A stretch of DNA of 64,000 nucleotides from a virus, in the IMG/VR virus record IMGVR_UViG_3300010883_000001, positions 64,001-128,000 of that record; one strand, written 5' to 3'. The notes beneath the pieces were generated by a model. It was given only the letters and a program-made list of their open reading frames with translations, was not told the origin of the DNA and searched no databases. The translations under genes and the position numbers were made by a program. Positions within the stretch are counted from its first letter, which is position 1. Each line of letters begins with the position of its first letter. Shown one piece after another: positions 1 to 8,708 of the stretch.

Positions 1-1
1 A

Positions 2-565
2 TATGAATTAAAGAAAAGTCCTATTATAGTACGGGTGAATAAGTTTGATGAAGAAAATGCAAAAGCATTTCATAACCAGGTTGCTGCTGCTCATAATACG
101 GGTCAAAAAATAATTCCAGTTGTTATTGATTCATATGGAGGCCAGGTATATAGTTTAATGGCAATGATTAGCGCAATACAATATTCTGAGATTCCTATCG
201 CAACAATTATTGAAGGAAAGGCAATGAGTTGTGGTGCCATTCTTTTTACATTCGGTGAGCAGGGTTTAAGATTCATAGATCCGAACGCGACTGTCATGAT
301 TCACGATGTTTCTTCTATGGACTTCGGAAAAGTAGAAGAATTAAAAGCTGGCGCCGAAGAAGCTGATCGTTTAAACACCAAGATTTATGGTATGATGGCA
401 AGGAATTGTGGTAAGAAAGATGATTATTTTATGAAGATTGTTGATAAGAAAAAGCACGCCGACTGGTTTCTTGATGCAGCTGCGGCAAAAAAGCATGGCC
501 TTGCAAATCACATTAGGGTGCCTAAGATGCATATATCAATAGGTGTAGATATCGATTTTGAGTAA
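2..565 (+). CDS. clpP: ClpP-family serine protease (5'-truncated by window edge)
   Basis: IDSYGG, AMSCG (catalytic Ser) and VMIH (catalytic His) motifs; frame is open from position 2, so the true start is probably upstream. Confidence 0.85.
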   Translation, partial: YELKKSPIIVRVNKFDEENAKAFHNQVAAAHNTGQKIIPVVIDSYGGQVYSLMAMISAIQYSEIPIATIIEGKAMSCGAILFTFGEQGLRFIDPNATVMIHDVSSMDFGKVEELKAGAEEADRLNTKIYGMMARNCGKKDDYFMKIVDKKKHADWFLDAAAAKKHGLANHIRVPKMHISIGVDIDFE

Positions 566-600
566 TTGTGTTTTTTTAATTTAATGTTTTTAGTGACGCG

Positions 601-660
601 GTATAATTAACTAGCGCATTATAGTTTTGTTAGTTTTCGTTTTCGTTTTTGTTAGTTGAG
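601..660 (+). promoter_or_regulatory. Conserved upstream element of fibre gene (GTATAATTAA...AGTTTTGTTAGTTTTCGT)
   Basis: Near-identical element recurs at 6101-6132 upstream of another fibre gene. Confidence 0.5.
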
Positions 661-668
661 TTAAGTAA

Positions 669-3600
669 GTGACTGCAATCAGTGTTAGAACATTAACCGT
701 CAGATCTGGATCTGATGTGGTAATTTCTGATCCTACAACTATCGGGGCCACCGATGGTATTATCATTAATAATCTTGGAGCAGGATTCGCGGCGTTGACG
801 GCATCTATTGGTGTTCCGGAAGATGGCTCATATGCTGAGGGATTATTCACCGACTTTAAACCAACTACTAGATTAGGGATAGCAATTGATAGATTTAATG
901 AAATCTTAAAATTACTCGTTCCTTCACCCGCCCCAGATTTAAGTGATATTGCTCCGGAGAATACTGGATCATTTGCTAAGTTATCATTTGGATCATCAAA
1001 CGTAATATTACACTACACTAACTCTTCCACAAATGCAGGTTTCGCAGCCGTTGATACAAGCGGTCAGTATAGTCATTTACTGAGTAATGGATCAAGCATT
1101 AGAAGGGGCACTTTTAATGGAGCCACTAATATCTTTGGCGATGTTAATGAGCTAATATCAGAAGACAGGTACTCAAACAGTGTATTAAATTTTCCTTCTC
1201 ACTCATTTGGAAATGCAGAGTTAGGAAATCTAAATCTTGAAGTAAATGGTTCAAATATACATACAGTAGATTTATCAAATGCAGGTACCGGGTTGGGTCT
1301 TCCTGCTAGTGGTACACAGAATAATATAAATGGAAATGGCTCTGGGTTTAAGACGCTATCTGCTAAATCAACTGGAACATTTGAGAATAGTACAAGTTTT
1401 GAAACTTTTAAGCATAGGACAACCAGATTTCATATAGCTGCAGCTGATCAGTGCGTGGGATGGAATTATGCAAGAATTACACATACCGACGGCTCGGTCA
1501 CAAGGTCAACAAATTACGTAGAGTGGGTTAATGATACAGATAATAACGCATTAAGCGCAGCGGGAAATGCATTCACAAAAGATACATTTACACCGGGAAC
1601 AAACTTAAGTGGCGTAAAATATTATGCATCGGGAACTGCTAACTATAAGGTGCGTGTTTCGAACGCTTATAGAAATATATTCACGACAAAAAGTATTTCA
1701 TTTTCCCCCCTAACGAATGTCACAATCGCTGATCAGGCTTTCCCCGATATCGGAGGGGGCGAAAACCACACAAAGATACTACACATAACTGGATCTGCGA
1801 CTGTAAGTGCTACAAAGTTATTGAATGAATCAGTCGCCTCGGCAATAAATGTTGATCACCCGCTTAAGGCAAACCTCAATGGTGCTGGTGGTGCAACACT
1901 ATCAGGTATATTATTATATCGCTTGAGTGATACATCAACATCAATATTGGAAACGTTTAGACAGGAGACACAGAGGTTACAGTCGGGCTCATTTAATGCT
2001 CAAGCAGATTTGTCTGGTGTTGGGTGGGATTCTACATCACATGTATCCGGAGCAAACCCACATGGTGATGGTCTTTTATTCTATAATGAAAAATTAGTAG
2101 CACCTAGAAATTCATTGCTTTCAGGTGATTTCAGAAATGCAGCCGAGGGAGGTTCTATAGCTATAGCTCCAAATAGTAACCCTAACTACTCTGGGATTAA
2201 TGCTGGAACAAGGACATTTTTTAGATCATTTACGAATGCCTTGGGCTCAGCTGCTGACTCGGTTTCGCTAACGATCCAAGGGTCTTCAAATATCATTAAT
2301 TATGATGCTGCATTCGGCGTAGGAAAATGTAGGATTTTCGTTAAGTTTCCAACCGGCTCTGGGGGGAAAGCGACAGGCTGGCTAGATGTATCAAAACAGT
2401 TTATATCGGGTACATATGCTAATGGCGCCGGTGTGGTATACGGGGCATTAGATAATACGCTGAACTCCACAATTGGTTGTACTTTTGGAAACAGAAGAAT
2501 TACTAATGGCGAGAAAGTCGCACTTAAAGTAGAGGCAGCTGCATCATGGACTGGAAATATAGGGCAGATAAGTGTTACATTTGGGGCCTCTAATGCCGTT
2601 GATGCTCCCAATCTTACGACTATTACCTCAACAACAAATGGCACTAGTGCAAAGCTAAGTTTTGGTTCATCGAATTCGATAGCAGGATATTCAAATGTTG
2701 CCGTCACACATGGGGTTACAGCATCAGTCGATGCTAATGGCTCATATGCAACTGGCAGTCCTATTAATAGGCATGCAGTATTCATTGCTGCAAATACCGG
2801 TGTAACAGCATCGGTCTCATCGGGTGTTGCCGCAAATTCACCAAATTATCCAGTAAGATCTTTTGGTGAGGGTGATACTGGGACATTACAATTAGAGCTA
2901 AATAGCGCCGTTGTGCATACGATGGATTTAGCAACATTTTCAGGTGCTGGTGCACCAGGATCGGGTACGGCACAGTCTTTGACGAGTGGTACTGGGTTTG
3001 TAAGCGTTAGTACATCTCAACCCGCGACGGGCTCAAATGGTATACCTGATTTCTTAAAGATGACAAGAACGGCAAACTTGGTCGTATCTGCCAGTACGAT
3101 GCGTAATGGGTGGAATTATGCCAGGGTTATTCATACTGCTCCCGCGGGTGATAGGGCAACAAACTATGTTGAATGGGTTATCGATGGTGACACAACATCG
3201 GTAACGATTGATCCAGTACTGGAAAATTTTACTGATGAAACAACATTCTATCAGAGTGGCGTAAAATACTTCGTAAATCCAAGAACGTTCTTTAAGGCAT
3301 CCGTGATCGGTTCCTATCTGAATGTATATTCAGATTCTGCTTCTGCAATATCATTCAATAATTTGTCAAACGTATCAGTGTCTGCGATTACGGGATCTGG
3401 TGATGGTGTTACAACAGCTATAGCTGCTGCTGCATCAATGGCCAAGCCGGCGATCAATACCACCATTGTTAACGCCGAACAAAAGGTACTAAATCTTACT
3501 GGGACCTTAGATTTTTCGCGTGCGTCAAGTCTCCCAGAGGATGCACACACCGCCGGCGCTCGACTCAATGTTATACATCCGTTTGAAGGTACAACAACAA

Positions 3601-4364
3601 CCACGACTCTTACAAAGTCAAATTTTCTAGTATATAGCAGTTCTGATTCATCAAATATAAATACTGTCGAAAATTTTTCACATGAAGCCTACAGGGTAAT
3701 ATCGGGTAGCTATACAACACAAGCCTCATTAACAAACTCGGGAAATAAGTGGAATCCACAAACTTCGCTGAATGGCGTTGATGGTGGCCATAATACGGGT
3801 CTTTTAGTTTATAATGGTCATATATATTCACTCAAAGCGAAAGGAAATTCCGGAGATTTTAGAAATATAGCAGATGGAGGGATCTATCAGGGCCCCTTAT
3901 CAAACGTAAATTATAGTGCACCATCAAATTCTACTAGAACATATATTAGGTATTTTAGGAATAATAATTCCGGAGACAGGCCTGAGATTACTATTACTAT
4001 AACCGGCGACGCCACGGCTGTAGCACAGCAGTCAAATATCGGGGGTGATACAGTGGGAACGCTGGGGGCTAGCAAAAATATTTTTATCGAAGCAAAAATT
4101 CCAGGTAAAACTGGGTGGCTTGACGTTATGCGTTCGACTGATGGCGCAGGTACGCTCTCTGACGGCGACGGCGCTCTTTCAGGAGATCAAGATACCGGCA
4201 TCGATGGATCGGGTGCAATTAATATATGCACCTTTAACGGCGTTACTCTGGATGGAGAAACTTCAGGTGGGGGAGCTGGAACGGGCGAGCTAGTTGCCAT
4301 AAGGATGCAAGCACATAAAGACTGGACAGGGTACATCTCACAGATCTCTGTCACGTATGTATAA
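669..4364 (+). CDS. Large virion structural/fibre-like protein with internal tandem duplication
   Basis: 1231 aa, rich in Gly/Ser/Thr/Asn; two homologous halves (AKLSFGSSN, GWNYARxxHT...TNYVEWV, SGVKY, SGDFRN, TGWLDV, WTGxIxQISVT each occur twice). Confidence 0.65.
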   Translation: MTAISVRTLTVRSGSDVVISDPTTIGATDGIIINNLGAGFAALTASIGVPEDGSYAEGLFTDFKPTTRLGIAIDRFNEILKLLVPSPAPDLSDIAPENTGSFAKLSFGSSNVILHYTNSSTNAGFAAVDTSGQYSHLLSNGSSIRRGTFNGATNIFGDVNELISEDRYSNSVLNFPSHSFGNAELGNLNLEVNGSNIHTVDLSNAGTGLGLPASGTQNNINGNGSGFKTLSAKSTGTFENSTSFETFKHRTTRFHIAAADQCVGWNYARITHTDGSVTRSTNYVEWVNDTDNNALSAAGNAFTKDTFTPGTNLSGVKYYASGTANYKVRVSNAYRNIFTTKSISFSPLTNVTIADQAFPDIGGGENHTKILHITGSATVSATKLLNESVASAINVDHPLKANLNGAGGATLSGILLYRLSDTSTSILETFRQETQRLQSGSFNAQADLSGVGWDSTSHVSGANPHGDGLLFYNEKLVAPRNSLLSGDFRNAAEGGSIAIAPNSNPNYSGINAGTRTFFRSFTNALGSAADSVSLTIQGSSNIINYDAAFGVGKCRIFVKFPTGSGGKATGWLDVSKQFISGTYANGAGVVYGALDNTLNSTIGCTFGNRRITNGEKVALKVEAAASWTGNIGQISVTFGASNAVDAPNLTTITSTTNGTSAKLSFGSSNSIAGYSNVAVTHGVTASVDANGSYATGSPINRHAVFIAANTGVTASVSSGVAANSPNYPVRSFGEGDTGTLQLELNSAVVHTMDLATFSGAGAPGSGTAQSLTSGTGFVSVSTSQPATGSNGIPDFLKMTRTANLVVSASTMRNGWNYARVIHTAPAGDRATNYVEWVIDGDTTSVTIDPVLENFTDETTFYQSGVKYFVNPRTFFKASVIGSYLNVYSDSASAISFNNLSNVSVSAITGSGDGVTTAIAAAASMAKPAINTTIVNAEQKVLNLTGTLDFSRASSLPEDAHTAGARLNVIHPFEGTTTTTTLTKSNFLVYSSSDSSNINTVENFSHEAYRVISGSYTTQASLTNSGNKWNPQTSLNGVDGGHNTGLLVYNGHIYSLKAKGNSGDFRNIADGGIYQGPLSNVNYSAPSNSTRTYIRYFRNNNSGDRPEITITITGDATAVAQQSNIGGDTVGTLGASKNIFIEAKIPGKTGWLDVMRSTDGAGTLSDGDGALSGDQDTGIDGSGAINICTFNGVTLDGETSGGGAGTGELVAIRMQAHKDWTGYISQISVTYV

Positions 4365-4374
4365 GGAGTAAGTT

Positions 4375-5715
4375 ATGGCTGGAAAGACTAATCAGACTGC
4401 AACACTCTTCGCACAGAAAAAGCTTCTAGGTAAAGCTAATACCAGTAATTTAAAGTCAGATTCTCAAGAGCTAATAGGCTCAAGTATTCAGGCAGGTACA
4501 CAGGCATTATTTGGACAGCTTATACCTGCAGTTCCAGTACAGACATTAAGCATAATTCAATCTGCTAGCATGGGTGCCCCGGCAACAGTTGAGTATGTTG
4601 ATTTTACTGTCCATGTTGTAACCGGCACTACTTATGATGGAAATGATTCTGGTGCTGGTGGCGATGGCTCACAAGATCCGGGCCCGCACTGTTATAAGCT
4701 TAAGTTATCGCCAGGGTATCAGGCTGCTACCGCAAATCCGAGTGCTGGAACATACCCCTTTAATAATAGCGCAACTTTACATGAAACCTTGGGTACCCTA
4801 CAGATAATCCCCCCCAATTTCTCTCAGGCAGCGCCTAACCCATACATTCTTAATATATACGATGGTGATCCTGCCGGCGCGGGTAATAAATTAGCACTAT
4901 TAGATGAAATAGACTGGCAACTAGATCCATATAATGGCGTTTTATATATTCAAGATTACGACGCGTCGAAGATTCCTACACATGCAAGAGGCTTTATATA
5001 TGTAGGAAAGATGCTAGATGATGTGCTTGATTCCTTATCAGGTTCCTCAGGTAACTCAGCAACAGGATCAGCACCAAATAATATAAAAAATAGATCAAAA
5101 CAGACTTATTTTATAACATCATCAGTATCAGCTGGAGCACTTATTCAAGTTGCAAATACAAGTTTTTCAGTTGCAGGTTACCATCCAGAGCTGGTGGATG
5201 TTTCTTTGAATGGTGCTTTATTGGTTTCTGGTTCAACGGCTCAGGTCGCTGCCAAAGAAGTAGATTATCTTATCAAAGATGATAGTACCTTAAGGTTTTC
5301 TTTTGATCTTTCGCAGGATGATTTATTATCTGTTAATGTTTTTGCTAGTGGAACTATTTCTGATGAAACAATCTTGACATATACATCTAGTAGTATGTTA
5401 TCAATGAGCAGAAAACTTACACCTGGCTCTGGCATATTATTTTCGTCTGCTAGTGCTGGTATATTTGAGATATCCTCACAAAGAATTAAAACAAACTATA
5501 CACTTACTGCTCCTCTTTCTGCTGACGCAATACTTAATATTGCTGGGGCTTCCTTTGACAAGGGTGCCATTAACCAGGACAGGATTGATGTTTACGTCAA
5601 CGGAAGGATGATGATAACCGGTTCATCAAGTGATTATTTCATAACTGGACCGAATACATTATATTTTAAATTTGATTTAAGCATTGACGATAAGATAACA
5701 ACAGTGGTACAATGA
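4375..5715 (+). CDS. Virion structural protein with two copies of the VxxNG...DY...F-x-F-x-L..DD domain
   Basis: 446 aa; the domain is shared with the C-termini of 6198..8372 and 8709..11921; RBS AAGGAG. Confidence 0.6.
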   Translation: MAGKTNQTATLFAQKKLLGKANTSNLKSDSQELIGSSIQAGTQALFGQLIPAVPVQTLSIIQSASMGAPATVEYVDFTVHVVTGTTYDGNDSGAGGDGSQDPGPHCYKLKLSPGYQAATANPSAGTYPFNNSATLHETLGTLQIIPPNFSQAAPNPYILNIYDGDPAGAGNKLALLDEIDWQLDPYNGVLYIQDYDASKIPTHARGFIYVGKMLDDVLDSLSGSSGNSATGSAPNNIKNRSKQTYFITSSVSAGALIQVANTSFSVAGYHPELVDVSLNGALLVSGSTAQVAAKEVDYLIKDDSTLRFSFDLSQDDLLSVNVFASGTISDETILTYTSSSMLSMSRKLTPGSGILFSSASAGIFEISSQRIKTNYTLTAPLSADAILNIAGASFDKGAINQDRIDVYVNGRMMITGSSSDYFITGPNTLYFKFDLSIDDKITTVVQ

Positions 5716-5850
5716 TCATAGAGATTAATATTTTCCACAATTCTCTTGCGGTTAACATTATTGTTAGAGATATAAGAACGTTTATAGCAAATTATTTGTT
5801 AAAAGAGTGATATTTAAAAGCGTAGACGTGGTAGAAATATAAGGAACAAT

Positions 5851-6078
5851 ATGACTGATGAAAAAAAGACATATGAAACATCGGATCTTGCTATAGCGGC
5901 ATACCTGATGTTGAAGGGACACACCCTTACACATGCCGGAAGACATGCAACCGGTCGTTTTAGTTTCATCTTTAATGACGATGATCAATTGTGCAAGGCT
6001 CATGCAGTAGAATTTTTAAGTTCAGAGTGCTGCAAATTTGATACACATGTAAAAAATTTAAAGAAATTAATTTATTAG
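5851..6078 (+). CDS. Small DUF5659-like protein (possible nucleic-acid binder)
   Basis: YETSDLAIAAYLMLKG...FxF pattern recalled from the DUF5659 family; RBS AAGGA. Confidence 0.5.
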   Translation: MTDEKKTYETSDLAIAAYLMLKGHTLTHAGRHATGRFSFIFNDDDQLCKAHAVEFLSSECCKFDTHVKNLKKLIY

Positions 6079-6100
6079 ATAGGATGTCTTCTTTCGTATA

Positions 6101-6132
6101 GTATAGTTAATATCAGTTATTGTTAGTTTCGT
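6101..6132 (+). promoter_or_regulatory. Conserved upstream element (GTATAGTTAA...AGTTATTGTTAGTTTCGT)
   Basis: Matches 601-640. Confidence 0.5.
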
Positions 6133-6197
6133 CAGTTTGTCAAGTTTCATATTTTATTTACCTTAGGGTTTAGTAAGTTTAGAAGGGTTATTAGTTT

Positions 6198-8372
6198 ATG
6201 TCAGTATCGAGAACACAATTGCGTTTCCAGCAAATCACGGGTTCAATACCCTCTGATGTCCTATCAAAAGTCGCAAATAAAGATTCAATAGCAATAACAT
6301 CAGTATCAGGAACGATTGATCATTTAGCATCAGCGATAAAGAGACTACACGGTTTTACGGCCTTTACCGGTAATGATCCAGGTAGTTTTAATACCAATGT
6401 ATATATATCGGGCAGTTTAATTGATTTAAATCAAGCGGCAACCGTTCAGACTGCGGCCGGTGACCTAACGATCAAATCTGCTGCTGCTAGTGTTAACATA
6501 CAAGGGGTTGAAGCTGCTGCAAATGCCATTTATTTAAATGCATCAAATGCCGCCGGCGGTGTTGATGTAGATGCCGGCACCGGTGGTGTTGCAATAGACA
6601 CAACGGGAGTGTTCTCAATTAATGGTGCCGATGACTCTGACATTACAGTCAGCACAGCGGCCAAAGATCTCGCACTCACTGTCTCTGGTGGCGGTGCACA
6701 GGTCCTCCAGTTGAACTCAGCCGGTACGGGTGCAGACGCAATTGATGTAAATGCAACGGCGGGGGGTATCGACGTTGATGCAGCTGGGGCAATTGCTATT
6801 GATTCAAGCGCGGGTACAATTACAGTTGGTGGAAACGACATAGATCAAAATATTAATGTTGGTACTGACGGTGTCAGGGCAATCGGCATCGGAACCATAA
6901 GCGGTACAGGCGGAGTTCCTTCAACTTCAGTAACCGCAGCTGCTGTTGTTATAGATATTGATGGTGGTGCAACGGGTGTTACGATTGATGCTCTTGATGC
7001 TGGTACAATCGGTATAGGAACCAGCGCAAATGCCGCATCAGATACATCGGCAATTAATATAGGTACGTCCGCAACCGCGAGAACAATAACGGTTGGTAAT
7101 GCTGCGTCGACAAAGGTTGATGTTAACGCGTTGATAATAGAACTTGATTCCGCAGGGACGTTTATCCTTGATGCTGTCTCGACGGCAACGATGGGAGCTA
7201 CGGCATTTGATATTGATGCAGATGGTGGCGCAGGCTCGGGTACAGTGGCTATAGATACAAATGACACAACAAATGGTGTGACAATCGGTACGGCAAACGC
7301 TAACGTACCGATATCAATTGGTAATGCTATATCAGAAGTTACTGTCAATGATAACCTAACTGTTACAGGCGATCTAACCGTTAACGGTGCAACGACGACT
7401 GTCGATACAACAAATTTATTAGTTGAAGATCCAGTCGTTGCGCTAGCAATGAATGCCGGTTCACAAAATCAGAATGGTGGAATAGCAATACTCTCTGGTT
7501 CAACAGATAGTGATTTGGTTTTAGGCCGGGTCGCTAATGATACTTGGGGCGTGGGTAAAAAGGCAACGCTTAAAGCTGAGGTAGTGACGTTAGCTGATAT
7601 GACATTAGTTAATATGCGAGCTAGCAGATTTGAGGTTGATACCGCATCAGATTACATTGACGTCTCAACAGATCTTACATTGGTCGCCGCAGCAGATATA
7701 CTATTAGATCCGGCCGGTGCGGAAGTGAAGGCAGACGCGAGTATCATACCAAATTCTGACAATGCCCGAGACCTAGGTATGGAGGACAATGGGGTAAGCA
7801 GGAGATGGAGAGATGGCTACTTCTCCAGGAACCTATTTGTCTCAGGTGCTTTGGCCTCCAGAGGTTCTACATTACATATAACAGCATCAACATCCGCCGG
7901 TGCCCAAATAACTTTTGGTGATGGTTATTCTGGTGTTGAAGGTATGGGCGGAGGAAATAACGGTAGGATTAAGCTGGCAGGGTCAGGTGAATATACTGAG
8001 TTTATAAGTGCCTTTACTAACACAACAACTATAATTGGTGCAATTAATTCTTTGGCTGCCGGAGTATCAGTGAAGTTTAGTGGGTCTGTCGGAAACGTAA
8101 ACATAATACCTCAAGGGTCTGACCCAGGTACTGCACCAGTTGTTAGAAATACCCAGGTTCACGTAAAGGATATGACACTTGACCAGGTAGATTTAGGAAA
8201 GGTATCAGATAGTAATACGCATGTTTACTTAAATGGCTCAATGTTGATGTCAGGCTCAGCCGCCCTAGTTACTGCCGGTGTACATGCAGACTATGTAGTA
8301 ATAGGGTCTGGTAGTATTAAGTTTGGTTTTCAACTAGAACAGGACGACGTTATCTCAGTTATAAAGTCATAA
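6198..8372 (+). CDS. Tail-fibre-like protein
   Basis: Gly/Ala/Thr/Asp beta-repeats; VNDNLTVTGDLTVNGATTTVDTTNLLVEDP fibre motif; N- and C-terminal domains shared with 8709..11921. Confidence 0.7.
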   Translation: MSVSRTQLRFQQITGSIPSDVLSKVANKDSIAITSVSGTIDHLASAIKRLHGFTAFTGNDPGSFNTNVYISGSLIDLNQAATVQTAAGDLTIKSAAASVNIQGVEAAANAIYLNASNAAGGVDVDAGTGGVAIDTTGVFSINGADDSDITVSTAAKDLALTVSGGGAQVLQLNSAGTGADAIDVNATAGGIDVDAAGAIAIDSSAGTITVGGNDIDQNINVGTDGVRAIGIGTISGTGGVPSTSVTAAAVVIDIDGGATGVTIDALDAGTIGIGTSANAASDTSAINIGTSATARTITVGNAASTKVDVNALIIELDSAGTFILDAVSTATMGATAFDIDADGGAGSGTVAIDTNDTTNGVTIGTANANVPISIGNAISEVTVNDNLTVTGDLTVNGATTTVDTTNLLVEDPVVALAMNAGSQNQNGGIAILSGSTDSDLVLGRVANDTWGVGKKATLKAEVVTLADMTLVNMRASRFEVDTASDYIDVSTDLTLVAAADILLDPAGAEVKADASIIPNSDNARDLGMEDNGVSRRWRDGYFSRNLFVSGALASRGSTLHITASTSAGAQITFGDGYSGVEGMGGGNNGRIKLAGSGEYTEFISAFTNTTTIIGAINSLAAGVSVKFSGSVGNVNIIPQGSDPGTAPVVRNTQVHVKDMTLDQVDLGKVSDSNTHVYLNGSMLMSGSAALVTAGVHADYVVIGSGSIKFGFQLEQDDVISVIKS

Positions 8373-8560
8373 AATATGTCAAAAACAGTTTGGACTATAT
8401 ACTTACCCACGTTAATACACTTTTCAACAATGTAGGTTTCATACCTTTATTTCTTTTCAATATTTCTTTTCAATTAATTTCCAAGCAAATTTTATACTTA
8501 AATCGATGATTTGTCATAAGTTTGACGTGTATATAATACGAGTGTAATATATTTAATATT

Positions 8561-8576
8561 GTCGGCGCAAACCGAC
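8561..8576 (+). other. Hairpin GTCGG-CGCAAA-CCGAC in the long leader
   Basis: 5-bp stem; an alternative partner CCGACA lies at 8583-8588. Confidence 0.35.
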
Positions 8577-8620
8577 TTTATTCCGACATTCGTTTGTTAA
8601 ATTTAGACAACATTTCGATA

Positions 8621-8670
8621 ATTTCATTTCATTTCAATAATTTCATTTCAATATAATTTCATTTCATTTC
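8621..8670 (+). repeat. Imperfect (ATTTC)n pentamer array in the 5' leader
   Basis: atttcatttcatttcaataatttcatttcaatataatttcatttcatttc: 8 ATTTC units in three blocks. Confidence 0.8.
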
Positions 8671-8708
8671 GTTCTACATGTCTAAAAAAACGGAGGAATA
8701 AAAAAGAT

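Noticed and set aside
8561-8670. CRISPR array or c-di-GMP riboswitch
   Set aside because: Repeats are 5-mers without spacers; only a GCAAACC fragment resembles the riboswitch and the second stem is absent
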